64,000 nucleotides of DNA. Source: Bacteriovoracaceae bacterium (GTDB lineage: Bacteria; Bdellovibrionota; Bacteriovoracia; Bacteriovoracales; Bacteriovoracaceae). Below, piece after piece: positions 10,548 through 20,431 of the stretch (position 1 is its first letter; each line of letters starts with the position of its first letter). The position numbers were made by a program, and so were the translations under genes. Under the pieces are notes generated by a model, which made no database searches, was not told the DNA's origin, and was given only the letters and a program-made list of their open reading frames with translations. Location of the stretch: NCBI GenBank assembly GCA_048270185.1, contig JBLWTJ010000001.1, positions 576,001-640,000 of the forward strand, given 5' to 3'.

Positions 10548-10694
10548 TTACTTATTTACAGTTTGAATTTGGTAAGTCTTAACTTGATTATAATCAAAAG
10601 TAGCAGCGTTTATCTTTGCCATGCAAAGAACACATCCTGCCATTAGAACGAAGACCATTTTTAAGACTGCTTCATATGCATCCGGTGGTAACAT
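10548..10694 (-). CDS. Small hypothetical protein, 48 aa (below the ORF-track cutoff)
   Basis: GGAG RBS, then MLPPDAYEAVLKMVFVLMAGCVLCMAKINAATFDYNQVKTYQIQTVNK; one hydrophobic segment. Confidence 0.45.
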   Translation of the reverse strand: MLPPDAYEAVLKMVFVLMAGCVLCMAKINAATFDYNQVKTYQIQTVNK

Positions 10695-10754
10695 TGCTTT
10701 CTCCAAAAGTTTAAGCTAGTTTTATTCTCTAAAATGTATTGATACTACTGCATA

Positions 10755-11336
10755 ATGACAAAAGAAATGCTGATGAGCAACAATAAAATTCTAACAAGTA
10801 CATATTTATACCTAGGCCCAAAGTCCCTGCCAGAAGACTTCTTAAGCGATGAAAAAGAAGGTTACAGATTGAGCCGCTATTGTCTAAGACAGCTTACACA
10901 AAGAGAAAATTTCAATATAACTAACCACTTACATCTAGAAAATGAACCACAAATGCTTGTCTCTCTTTCTCATACGAGAGGATTAGCTGCCAGCGCGCTT
11001 TGCGTCAACGAACAGATCAACTCAATTGGAGTCGATATCGAATGGTGTGGCCGCAAGATACGAGAAGGTAGCTTCAAGTACTTCGTCTCTCAAGATATCG
11101 AATTAGAATTTCACTCTCCTCTTGAGATCTGGTGCATTAAAGAAGCCGCATTCAAGGCCTACTCTCCTATTTACGAAAAAAATCAATCTCATAATAAGAA
11201 AGTGCTCGTTCTTACTGACTTTAGAATAAGCGAACATGGTAAGCTTAAAGGGCCAGGTAGTATCGAGCTCGCTTACCAAATAAGAGAGCATGAATATGAG
11301 GGCGATAAATTTATCATCGCCCTAGCTGAATTTTGA
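10755..11336 (+). CDS. 4'-phosphopantetheinyl transferase (Sfp/EntD-like)
   Basis: SLSHT, IGVDIE, WCIKEAAFKA. Confidence 0.85.
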   Translation: MTKEMLMSNNKILTSTYLYLGPKSLPEDFLSDEKEGYRLSRYCLRQLTQRENFNITNHLHLENEPQMLVSLSHTRGLAASALCVNEQINSIGVDIEWCGRKIREGSFKYFVSQDIELEFHSPLEIWCIKEAAFKAYSPIYEKNQSHNKKVLVLTDFRISEHGKLKGPGSIELAYQIREHEYEGDKFIIALAEF

Positions 11337-11337
11337 T

Positions 11338-13071
11338 TTATTTTAAATAATTTGAAAGTTTCGATTCATCAGCGATCGTGATTTCTTTGATCTCACGAAG
11401 ACCTGAACCAAATGTCACGCGAATTGTTTGAAGCTTTCCAGTTCTTGCAATGAGAAAATCAACCTGATCATTTTCTTTATAAAAATCCGAAAGCTGATCA
11501 AGTAAGGCCTTATCTACTCTTAAAGCATTTATCGCAATGATCTCATCGCCTGCGTTAAGTCCGGCCTTAAAACCACAACTATCCTGACGAATAGACTTAA
11601 TAATGGCCTTACCACGCTCTTCTGCAATATTTGCACCAAGATCAAGCTTTGGAGTCGTCCATTCAACTTTGGCCCCTAAACGAGATAAGTAATTTTCAAA
11701 GTCTATTTCCTCGACACCTTCCACAAGAAGTTTAAATTCACTCGTTTTATCTTCACTTAGCATCGAAGAAAGAATGTCAAAAAAGCCTTCTTTTGTGATT
11801 CCCGTCTGTGGCCTTTCTTTGTAATCATTCCATAGTGCTCTAACTAGATCATTAATACCCTTACCTTCTTCTTTAAGAAGAATATTTAAGATAAGGAAAA
11901 CTAAGCCACCCTTAAGGTAGTAACTAACTGAAGAGTTTTTAAAATCTTCTCCAGCACGATAGAGCTTAATCCAAGCATTAAATGAAGAATCTTCAAGTGA
12001 ATGATAACCACGCCCAGGTGTGCCTAGGTAATTATTAATATTCTTCTTTAAACACTCTAGATATTCACTGGCCGAGTAAAAACCACTTCGATAAGTTACA
12101 AGCTGATCAATGAAACTTGTAAGCCCTTCAGTTAACCAGTGCATACGAGTATAGTTTTCATTCTGATAATCAAAAGGTCCAAGCTCAAGGGGTCTAATAC
12201 GTTTCACATTCCAAAGATGAAAGTACTCGTGAGCAACAAGCTCTAGGTATTCTTTGCGTCCTTTCTCTTTAGCAAGTTCAAAAGGGCAAAATTGTAAAAC
12301 AGTTGAGTCAAGGTGCTCAAGTCCACCAAAACCCTTTGGAGTTAGGTGCGTGATAAAGTAATAGTGATCATATGGTAGCTCATCACCAACAACAGCTGCT
12401 GTTTCAGCAACGATTTTTTGTATATCTTCTTTAAGACCAGTTAAGACATCTTCAGTTGTAGCAAAATCTCCATAGAAAGAAATATGATGCTCTTTATTTT
12501 CAAACATGAAGCCATCAGTTTCGTGACAGCCAATTTCAAAAGGCGTATCCATTAACTCGTCAATGTCGGCCGCTTCATAAATAAATTGATCGCGCACTTC
12601 AGAAATATCTTTTAAGGCCGTCGTTACTTTTGACCATAGTGGATTCATCTTTACTTCAACTTGAGCAGGTCCGTTATAGTCTTTAAGAGATAGATAAACA
12701 CTTGGCCCATGTAAGAAGGCATGCGTATTATCAACATGAGAAGTTCTAACAGTTAATTCATGACAGTAGATACTATAGTTAATACGAATCTTTCCATCTT
12801 CACCAAAAGCTTCACTTGGAAAACTTGGATGATTTAAATCCACTTCCCACTCACTCTTAGATAGTTGTTCTAAGTAAAGTCTTACACCCTTTGAATCTTC
12901 TGCCTTAATTTCCTTAATATTTCTTCCATACTCGCGCATTAAATAAGATCCAGGTGACCATGATGGAATAAAGAATGTTGCCTTCTTTAATGACTTATCC
13001 AGCACTGCGTCTAAACTTATATTAACGAGATGTGTATGTGGGTTTGCAATTTCAATTATATACTTAAGCAT
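11338..13071 (-). CDS. M61 family glycyl aminopeptidase with PDZ domain
   Basis: WSPGSY, GGLEH, HEYFHLWNVKRIRP, EGLTS, YYLKG, C-terminal PDZ; AAGGAG RBS favours start 13071. Confidence 0.92.
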   Translation of the reverse strand: MLKYIIEIANPHTHLVNISLDAVLDKSLKKATFFIPSWSPGSYLMREYGRNIKEIKAEDSKGVRLYLEQLSKSEWEVDLNHPSFPSEAFGEDGKIRINYSIYCHELTVRTSHVDNTHAFLHGPSVYLSLKDYNGPAQVEVKMNPLWSKVTTALKDISEVRDQFIYEAADIDELMDTPFEIGCHETDGFMFENKEHHISFYGDFATTEDVLTGLKEDIQKIVAETAAVVGDELPYDHYYFITHLTPKGFGGLEHLDSTVLQFCPFELAKEKGRKEYLELVAHEYFHLWNVKRIRPLELGPFDYQNENYTRMHWLTEGLTSFIDQLVTYRSGFYSASEYLECLKKNINNYLGTPGRGYHSLEDSSFNAWIKLYRAGEDFKNSSVSYYLKGGLVFLILNILLKEEGKGINDLVRALWNDYKERPQTGITKEGFFDILSSMLSEDKTSEFKLLVEGVEEIDFENYLSRLGAKVEWTTPKLDLGANIAEERGKAIIKSIRQDSCGFKAGLNAGDEIIAINALRVDKALLDQLSDFYKENDQVDFLIARTGKLQTIRVTFGSGLREIKEITIADESKLSNYLK

Positions 13072-13202
13072 CTTTAAGGCTCCTTTTACGTTCATTATAT
13101 GATCCTTTCATATGTCCAATTTATTTCAATAAAAACCTCTTGAAAAGGGTTCGTTTACTTGCTAAAAGCCAATTAACAACACAATTTAATGGAAATTAAC
13201 CA

Positions 13203-13646
13203 ATGACGACAAAATCAGCTATCGCAAATGCTTCTGCGCCTAAACATTATGAAGTCGATCGTGAGAAAGTAATTTTACCTATTCTCAATTTTACTCAAAT
13301 TGCAAAAGATCAACTTAATCTTATGCTCGAAAATGATTTTACTCTACAAGGAAAGTACTTAAGAATTCTTATTAGCGGTAAAGGCTGTGAGGGATTTAAG
13401 TATTCGATTGGATTTCATGATCTAAATGACGAAGACTTCCTGATACCTGTGGAATCTATGGGAATAGAAGTTGCCATCGATCCCTTTACAGCATTCTACT
13501 TAGGTGAAACTGAAATTGATTACCAATTCAATTACATCAATGATGAAGAAGGATTTGTTGTGACAAATAAGCAACAGTCTGATTTTGAAGGCAAGTTCTG
13601 GCGTAAAGACAAGAGCAAGATACCACCAAAGGCCCAGGTTCAATAA
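13203..13646 (+). CDS. HesB/IscA-fold protein lacking the C-terminal CxC
   Basis: LRILISGKGCEGFKYSIGF, IDY, GFVVTN. Confidence 0.75.
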   Translation: MTTKSAIANASAPKHYEVDREKVILPILNFTQIAKDQLNLMLENDFTLQGKYLRILISGKGCEGFKYSIGFHDLNDEDFLIPVESMGIEVAIDPFTAFYLGETEIDYQFNYINDEEGFVVTNKQQSDFEGKFWRKDKSKIPPKAQVQ

Positions 13647-13649
13647 GAA

Positions 13650-14450
13650 ATGGATTATCGTTACTTAAAAGCATTCTCTCTTACTGCAAAGTACTTAAGT
13701 TTCTCTAAGGCCGCAGCAGAGCTTAAAATTGCTCAATCTGCAGTTTCGAGACAAGTGAAGCTACTTGAAGAGTCGATGAATGAAGAACTTATAATTCGTT
13801 CAAGCAAGAAAGTTATCTTAACGAAAAAGGCCAAACAACTTTTAAACACGATTGATCAATTCGAAGTAAATCTTGGAGAAATTTTTGAAACGGCCCAGGA
13901 AAAGCCTGTTCATATAGGAATCCTCGACGGCCTTCTTGTTAATTGGTTTAACCCAATCTTAGCAAGCTATGCCAAGACTTCACAAAGAGATATATTTGTC
14001 CACGTGGCCGACTCTCCGGCCCTTAGACGTGGTATTGAAGACGGTGTCTACGACATGATCTTCTCAACTGATAACTTCCAGTCGGATTTAACTTCATCTC
14101 TGAAGTTATTCGAAGAAAAATTTGTCATCATTTCAAAAGATGAAATTAATCGAAGAAAGCTTCATGAATACACTTGGATTGTCTTTAGCGATCTGGATCA
14201 TCTTCACAAGTTATCAAAGAAGCCGCCACAGAAGAAGATTGTGGTTGAGTCTTTAGAGAGTATTAAGTCACTCGTTAGACAAGGTGTTGGTATTGCAGTT
14301 GTGCCGGATCACACTCTTTCAGACAAAGAAGAATTTAGACTTTCCCCTATTACTGGCCTTAAGAATATGAATATCTATATGACAACATTAAGTTATAAGA
14401 ATAGGCCAAGTTTTCTAAAAGAATTTATTAAGATACTAGAGGCAAAGTAG
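13650..14450 (+). CDS. LysR family transcriptional regulator
   Basis: SFSKAAAELKIAQSAVSRQVKLLEE helix-turn-helix; C-terminal GVGIAVVP. Confidence 0.93.
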   Translation: MDYRYLKAFSLTAKYLSFSKAAAELKIAQSAVSRQVKLLEESMNEELIIRSSKKVILTKKAKQLLNTIDQFEVNLGEIFETAQEKPVHIGILDGLLVNWFNPILASYAKTSQRDIFVHVADSPALRRGIEDGVYDMIFSTDNFQSDLTSSLKLFEEKFVIISKDEINRRKLHEYTWIVFSDLDHLHKLSKKPPQKKIVVESLESIKSLVRQGVGIAVVPDHTLSDKEEFRLSPITGLKNMNIYMTTLSYKNRPSFLKEFIKILEAK

Positions 14451-14462
14451 TATTGCCTCTAG
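14436..14462. terminator. Hairpin between convergent genes
   Basis: CTAGAGGCAA...TTGCCTCTAG 10-bp stem. Confidence 0.5.
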
Positions 14463-14476
14463 ATTATTATATTGAA

Positions 14477-14977
14477 TTACTTTGTGATTTTAATTGTTTT
14501 AATTCCAATCGTCCCGATAAGAAACTTCGTATTAGAAACGAAGTGAAGTCTTTGAGCTCTCTTATTTTGAAAGTTGAAAACCCATGATTCACCAACTCGT
14601 TCAACAGAAGCATCATACTTTTTGCGCTCTCCATTAACCCCACTATAAAGTGTATCAAGTTCAATATCGGCACCATCAGTTGGGTTGAAGTTAGATGCTT
14701 TAATTTTTGCGACATCACGTCCACTTCTCTTAACAAGTGTTACACCGTTAAGGATCTGTTCAACAGAATAGTTTTCCTTTGAAAGAACACCGCCGCTTTT
14801 ATTAAATTCAGTTTTATAAACTGACTCAATCTCCATTGTATTGTCATCAACAACCATACCTAAGTGATAATAAGTATCATCTTCATCATTAGTGATGTGA
14901 ACAAGCTTTACATTGGCAGCAAGCAAGCTTGTCGTCGTAAGCGAAATAAGTAGAAATAATTTTAAAAGTAATTTCAT
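14477..14977 (-). CDS. Secreted hypothetical protein
   Basis: Signal peptide, GGAG RBS, beta-rich. Confidence 0.8.
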   Translation of the reverse strand: MKLLLKLFLLISLTTTSLLAANVKLVHITNDEDDTYYHLGMVVDDNTMEIESVYKTEFNKSGGVLSKENYSVEQILNGVTLVKRSGRDVAKIKASNFNPTDGADIELDTLYSGVNGERKKYDASVERVGESWVFNFQNKRAQRLHFVSNTKFLIGTIGIKTIKITK

Positions 14978-15074
14978 AAATCTCTCCCTCTAAGTGATGC
15001 GGCATCTTGCCATTAATCGCCGTCTTTTGGGAGAGAAAATATTACAATAAGGCCCCTTAACAGAAGCCTGAGAC

Positions 15075-15090
15075 ATTAGTCATGACTAAT
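15075..15090. promoter_or_regulatory. 16-bp perfect palindrome, candidate operator
   Basis: ATTAGTCATGACTAAT, about 100 bp upstream of the 14977 gene. Confidence 0.35.
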
Positions 15091-15103
15091 AGTACTGATT
15101 AGC

Positions 15104-16828
15104 CTAACTTAAAGTATTGAAAATAATAGGGCCACCGATATGCTTGAACTCATCATCTCGTAAATTTTCAAATTCATAGCCGTGTAGATGGTCATGTAAA
15201 ATTTTCAATATATACTCTTCGATATTAGAAATTTCGCTTAACCCAAAAGTCAGAGCGAAGTTGTGGGCCTTTTGTCTAAGGTAATCATTATCAAAGATTC
15301 CCTGATGAATTTGAGAAGCTGATGCAAATTCTCTAAATTCGCTTATAGAAACACCCATTTTTCGAGAATCATCTTTTTCAAATTTCTCTAAACAGAAGTT
15401 GATAAGAGTTGAAAGTATAATGGCCTCAAAATCAATCGAGTTTATATCGTAATTCAAGTAGTAATTATCAGAGAGCATGCCATCATCTTTTAATGATAGA
15501 TAAGTTTCTTTTAGTGTCTTTATAAATGGCATTAGATCAATTAAAAGCCTGCACTTGCTCTCAAGCTTTCTCCAAACCTCAACATTATTAACAACAACTA
15601 TTTTATTATCATTATCACGATACTTAACAAGGTCGCTATAAAAGTCATCTAAGAAGAGTTCAAATGAAGCTCCTAAGAAGTTGTCTTCAGAGTCTTCAAG
15701 TAGATTCATTCGAAGTGCTTTCTTAACATCTTTTTGTAAAATTCTAATTAGTGAATTTCCAATCTTATATATATCAGTGAAGTCAAAGAATTCAAAAATG
15801 CTCTTATCACCAAAGTCCTTCACACTATTGATATAGGACATTCCAAGAAGGATCAATTCTCGATTCTGGTTCCCAATTCTTGTCATGGCCACAGGGCCAT
15901 CTTTTAGGACACCATGAAACTCCATGCTAGCGTTAAGCATACGAATAAAATTAAAGTGTAGATAATTAAAACGTTTATCATCAGTCACTTTCTGAAGCTC
16001 TTCATGGATACTTTGAGCATTCTTTTCAAAAGCTATAATAGAATTCTGATGAAGTGTCTGAAGCTTTCCAAGGGTTGAAATTGCACCTGTTAGGGCCTCT
16101 TTCTTATGAATAAACAAGTCCACATGTCCAAGAGAAGCAAATGGATTCACTACCTGTAAGGCCTCAAAATAATCAACAAAACCAAATTCACGAAGACGCT
16201 CTTTCTTGTCTTGGTATTGATTTTCATTATAAGTCATATAGTCTTCTGAAACCATTTTAAATAGGTGTTGATAAGCTTTCTCAACCCCCACTTCACTATA
16301 GAGATCACGTATGAGAAGCTTTACTTCATCAACGATGTCATTATCATCATCGTATTCAAAGAGCAGAAGATTATCTTCTGTTAAGAAGTAATTATCGTGC
16401 TCATCTGGATAAAGTGGATCTTCCACATCAAATGTCCAAACATTGAAGCGGCCTTTTAAGAAGAGAATGAACTGATCTGACTTAACAAATTCATAACGAA
16501 TTTCATCATCTGGGCACTTAGCAACAGTACTTACCCAAGTTGTAAATTCATTGATATCAAGTTCATCTTTTGTCCATAGATCAATATCATAGAAAGTCTC
16601 TCGTTGCTCTTTTGACAAAAGCTTGAGCGAGTGAGTTTTTACCTCAATTGGAAGGGCCTTAATTGAAACATATAGAGGCTGAACAGGAAGCTTTTCTAAG
16701 CTCTCCCCTTTGGAAATATAGCTATTTACTAATTCCATGGAAGTGTAGGCCTTTGATTCCTTAAGAATCAAGGTAATTACATCAGTTGTTATAGGGATTT
16801 TCTTATTATTTTCAGGCTTATCAGTCAT
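15104..16828 (-). CDS. Conserved hypothetical protein (DUF6178-like)
   Basis: Acidic 574-aa protein; DIDLWTKD and RLREFGFVDYFEA recall this family. Confidence 0.6.
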   Translation of the reverse strand: MTDKPENNKKIPITTDVITLILKESKAYTSMELVNSYISKGESLEKLPVQPLYVSIKALPIEVKTHSLKLLSKEQRETFYDIDLWTKDELDINEFTTWVSTVAKCPDDEIRYEFVKSDQFILFLKGRFNVWTFDVEDPLYPDEHDNYFLTEDNLLLFEYDDDNDIVDEVKLLIRDLYSEVGVEKAYQHLFKMVSEDYMTYNENQYQDKKERLREFGFVDYFEALQVVNPFASLGHVDLFIHKKEALTGAISTLGKLQTLHQNSIIAFEKNAQSIHEELQKVTDDKRFNYLHFNFIRMLNASMEFHGVLKDGPVAMTRIGNQNRELILLGMSYINSVKDFGDKSIFEFFDFTDIYKIGNSLIRILQKDVKKALRMNLLEDSEDNFLGASFELFLDDFYSDLVKYRDNDNKIVVVNNVEVWRKLESKCRLLIDLMPFIKTLKETYLSLKDDGMLSDNYYLNYDINSIDFEAIILSTLINFCLEKFEKDDSRKMGVSISEFREFASASQIHQGIFDNDYLRQKAHNFALTFGLSEISNIEEYILKILHDHLHGYEFENLRDDEFKHIGGPIIFNTLS

Positions 16829-16938
16829 TTAGCTAATTTATGCCATTTAGCACCAGTTGTTAACCTAAATCTGCTTCTAACGCGCCCCTAAGTGTTTGAG
16901 GCATAAAACTAATAAATATCATGAAAAGATCCGCAAAC

Positions 16939-16952
16939 ATGACCTAGGTCAT
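16939..16952. promoter_or_regulatory. FNR/CRP-type palindromic site
   Basis: ATGAC-CTAG-GTCAT with 5-4-5 FNR-box geometry, upstream of the Crp/Fnr gene. Confidence 0.6.
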
Positions 16953-17018
16953 ATTTTTTTACCTATATCTTATTTAAATTAAACATGTGGGATGTTAATA
17001 TAAATCATTGGAATATTT

Positions 17019-17732
17019 ATGACAAAAATTGAGAAAAAACAATGCAGTGAGTGCCCTTCTAGAGATCAGGGAATCTTTTGCAAACTCTCGTTAGTTGAAA
17101 CTTTAGAAGTTTCGGCGACAACAAACACTCTTAGTTTTAAAAGAGGTGATAACTTATTTTCTCAAGGAAATCAGTCAGCAGGAATCTACTGCATTCAGTC
17201 AGGAAATATAAAACTAACAAAAACAGGTACAGATGGAAAAGAGACAATTGTAAGAATTGTAAAAAAAGGCGATGTCATTGGTCACCGCTCCCTTTTCACT
17301 TCTCAAGATTTTAACGGAACTGCAACGGCCCTTGATAATGTTGTAGCCTGCTTCATCGATAAATCAAATTTCTTAAAAATGATTCAAGAAAAACCAAAAA
17401 TTTCGCTTGAGTTAATTAATCGATTAAGTCGCGATATGGGAATAGCAGAAGAACGATCTAGTGCGTTTCATCAAAAGAATGTTAGAGAGCGTATTGCTCA
17501 ATTAATTCTCGACCTAGGGCAATCACACGGAAGAACTCTAGAAGATGGATCAACTCAAATCGAGCTGAAGCTTACAAGAGAAGAAATGGCCACAATGATT
17601 GGAACGGCCAATGAAACTCTTATTAGAACTATTTCTGAATATCGTAAAGACGGACTAATAGATCAAAACGGAAAATTAATCATCATTAAAGATATTAAAG
17701 AGCTTGAAAAGAGAGCTCTTGGATATATTTAA
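17019..17732 (+). CDS. Crp/Fnr family regulator with N-terminal Cys cluster
   Basis: CSECPSRDQGIFC, cNMP-like barrel, LTREEMATMIGTANETLIR helix-turn-helix. Confidence 0.92.
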   Translation: MTKIEKKQCSECPSRDQGIFCKLSLVETLEVSATTNTLSFKRGDNLFSQGNQSAGIYCIQSGNIKLTKTGTDGKETIVRIVKKGDVIGHRSLFTSQDFNGTATALDNVVACFIDKSNFLKMIQEKPKISLELINRLSRDMGIAEERSSAFHQKNVRERIAQLILDLGQSHGRTLEDGSTQIELKLTREEMATMIGTANETLIRTISEYRKDGLIDQNGKLIIIKDIKELEKRALGYI

Positions 17733-17791
17733 GATTAATTTTTTTACTAATTTAACTATATCAAATTATAGTTTTCATAAAGAATAGAGAA

Positions 17792-20251
17792 ATGGAACTT
17801 CACAGAGAATTAGAGAAGGATATTGACGGTGCTCGTGCGAAAGTTGCAGACCAAAGCCCATGCTGCCTTCACTGTGAAGGGCCCATCTCAGAAAATGAAC
17901 TGGTAGTTCTTGATGATAAACACTTCTGCTGTCATGGCTGTATGAGTGTCTACTCCCTTCTAAGATCTAATAACCTACAAGAATTCTATCATTATCAAGA
18001 TATAGCAGATTCTAAAAAGAGTTTAAAAAATAATGAAAAAGTCAGTACATCGAAATTCGACTATATGGATAGCGATGCTTTCAAAGATGAATTCGTAATA
18101 AAGAATTCTGACAATGAAGTAAGGGTCGACTTCTTATTAGAAGGTATTCACTGCCTTGCTTGTATATGGCTTATTGAAAGAATTTCAAAAATTGAAAGCT
18201 TTGTCACAAGTGCGCAAGTTAATATTGGAAATAATTTAGCAAGTTTTAAAATTGATACTAGCAAAGACTACTCCATCGCAAAGCTTGCAAAAACTCTTGT
18301 GACTCTAGGGTATATCCCACATCCCTATAATAATAAATCAGATAAGATCAAGGCCATTTCAAATCGACGTGATCTTTTACAAATTGGTATTGCAGCATCG
18401 GCCATGTCAAATATTATGATCTATGCTGTATCAAACTATGCTGGGGCCACAAGCGAATATGCCCATCTTTTTGATGGAATCAGTTTTGCCTTAAGTCTAC
18501 CAGTCATTTTCTATAGTGCGAGACCGATCTTTAAGAGTTCACTAGGCGCTATCAGACTTAAGCAGACAAGTGTGGATATTCCCCTTGCCCTTGCTATTAG
18601 TTTTGGCTTTATTATCTCAAGTATCAACTTCTTTACAAAGTCAGGACACGTCTACTTCGATTCTCTAACGACCCTTGTCTTTCTAATATTACTTTCTCGC
18701 TACTTTGTTAAAATGCTTACACAGAAGGCCATGTCCACAAAGGGAATTTCCTCTTTATTTTTTAATACAGGTGTAAAGAGGTTTAAAGAAGGCAAACAAG
18801 AGCAAGTATACTCAAGTGCAATCAAACTTGATGACGAAGTTATTTTTGACGAAGATGAGAGAATTATATTTGACGGAATACTGCTTAGTGAAAGTGCACT
18901 TATCCTAAACACAATTAACACAGGTGAGAGTAAACCAATCGTCGTATATAAAGGTGATCATATTGAAGCTGGTGCTATTAGCATTACAAATAATCTTCGC
19001 CTAAGAGTTAATGCAATAGGTGGTCATACAAAACTTGGAATGAACCTCGATTCAATTGAGAGTAATTCCATAGCAAAGAATCCGGCCAACTTGTGGGCAC
19101 AGAAAATATCTAAATATTTTACTTACACAATACTAATCCTTTGTGCCTTAGTTATAGGGTATGCATCAATCTTTCAAATGCCTATGGAGGCGGCCATTAA
19201 TACTGTACTTGCCATCCTCATTGTTGGCTGTCCATGTGCTTTTGCTATGGCCACTCCAATCGTTGTGGCAACAAGAATTAATAAACTTAAATCGCAAGGA
19301 ATTTTCGTAAAAAATGAAGCAAGCCTTGAAGAAATTGGAAATATTAAAAATATCATCTTTGATAAGACAGGGACTCTTACTAAAGGTAAATTTGAAGTTA
19401 GTGGATTTCAAAATATATCAAATCTTAATGATAAAGAAATTCTAGCAATAACAGTTGGATTAGAAAGAGCTGTTAGACACCCTATTGCCTTTGCCCTAAA
19501 AAAGTTTGCCAAATCTAAGCTTGAGTCCTGTGATTATAATAAGCATATTATCAGTAACGCCAAAGTCATTACAGGCCAAGGTGTCGAGGCCCTTATCAAT
19601 AACAAGCAATATTTCATCGGCTCTCACAAAGAACAGATTGGTCTCTTTGACATAACAACTGAAAAAACTCTACTGGCCACTTTTAAAATTGAAGATAGTA
19701 TCCGTGACGAAGTAATTGACCTCGTTAATTTTCTAAAGAAAAAGAATATCGCTATTCACCTTTCTACTGGTGACCACTCTGATATTGCCTTTGAAGTGGC
19801 CGAACAACTAGGTTTAGATAAAGACAAGATATACACTAATCAGACTCCTGAAGATAAATTGTCCCTAGCACAAGACTTATCAAATGTCGCATTCATTGGT
19901 GATGGAGACAATGACGCTCTAGCAATGATTAAGGCCAATGTTTCAATTGCTATTGGAGCACAGGCAGACATTGCCATGAGAAGTTCAGATATCTATCTTG
20001 CTAATGACGACATCAATCAAATAAAAACCCTTTTCAATGTTGCCTCTAATGTATCCTATACATTGAGAAGAAATATAATGTTTGCCATTTCATATAATTT
20101 AGTCGGAATGATTCTTGCCCTTATGCAATTTATCACTCCACTTTTTGCGGCCGTTCTTATGCCATTGAGTTCACTGACAGTAGTACTATCAAGTACGATT
20201 GGTCTCATTTCATTAGATCGACTAATTAATAACACAAAAGGAAAAAGCTGA
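17792..20251 (+). CDS. ccoI: Cu-translocating P1B ATPase for cbb3 assembly
   Basis: CLHC..CCHGC N-terminal domain, HCLAC, TGES, CPC, DKTGTLT, HP, GDGDND, YN, MPLSS. Confidence 0.92.
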   Translation: MELHRELEKDIDGARAKVADQSPCCLHCEGPISENELVVLDDKHFCCHGCMSVYSLLRSNNLQEFYHYQDIADSKKSLKNNEKVSTSKFDYMDSDAFKDEFVIKNSDNEVRVDFLLEGIHCLACIWLIERISKIESFVTSAQVNIGNNLASFKIDTSKDYSIAKLAKTLVTLGYIPHPYNNKSDKIKAISNRRDLLQIGIAASAMSNIMIYAVSNYAGATSEYAHLFDGISFALSLPVIFYSARPIFKSSLGAIRLKQTSVDIPLALAISFGFIISSINFFTKSGHVYFDSLTTLVFLILLSRYFVKMLTQKAMSTKGISSLFFNTGVKRFKEGKQEQVYSSAIKLDDEVIFDEDERIIFDGILLSESALILNTINTGESKPIVVYKGDHIEAGAISITNNLRLRVNAIGGHTKLGMNLDSIESNSIAKNPANLWAQKISKYFTYTILILCALVIGYASIFQMPMEAAINTVLAILIVGCPCAFAMATPIVVATRINKLKSQGIFVKNEASLEEIGNIKNIIFDKTGTLTKGKFEVSGFQNISNLNDKEILAITVGLERAVRHPIAFALKKFAKSKLESCDYNKHIISNAKVITGQGVEALINNKQYFIGSHKEQIGLFDITTEKTLLATFKIEDSIRDEVIDLVNFLKKKNIAIHLSTGDHSDIAFEVAEQLGLDKDKIYTNQTPEDKLSLAQDLSNVAFIGDGDNDALAMIKANVSIAIGAQADIAMRSSDIYLANDDINQIKTLFNVASNVSYTLRRNIMFAISYNLVGMILALMQFITPLFAAVLMPLSSLTVVLSSTIGLISLDRLINNTKGKS

Positions 20252-20427
20252 TGGAAATCATTATCATCCTTTTACCAATTGCACTATTATTGGCCTTAGC
20301 ATTTTTAATTTTCTTTATTTGGGCAACAAAGTCGGGTCAGTATGACGATATGGATACGCCATCATTAAGAATTTTATTTGAAGATAATAATATTTCTAAA
20401 AATATTAGAGAGAAAAAAAGGAAGTAA
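20251..20427 (+). CDS. ccoS: cbb3-type oxidase maturation protein CcoS (58 aa, not in ORF track)
   Basis: MEIIIILLPIALLLALAFLIFFIWATKSGQYDDMDTPSLRILFED; start overlaps the ccoI stop. Confidence 0.92.
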   Translation: MEIIIILLPIALLLALAFLIFFIWATKSGQYDDMDTPSLRILFEDNNISKNIREKKRK

Positions 20428-20431
20428 ATTT

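Noticed and set aside
17751..17764. Second FNR box before ccoI (TTTAA-CTAT-ATCAA)
   Set aside because: Only one half-site matches, in very AT-rich DNA
20378..20431. N-terminal extension of CcoN given in the ORF track
   Set aside because: It overlaps ccoS; ATG 20432 after the ccoS stop is the more plausible start
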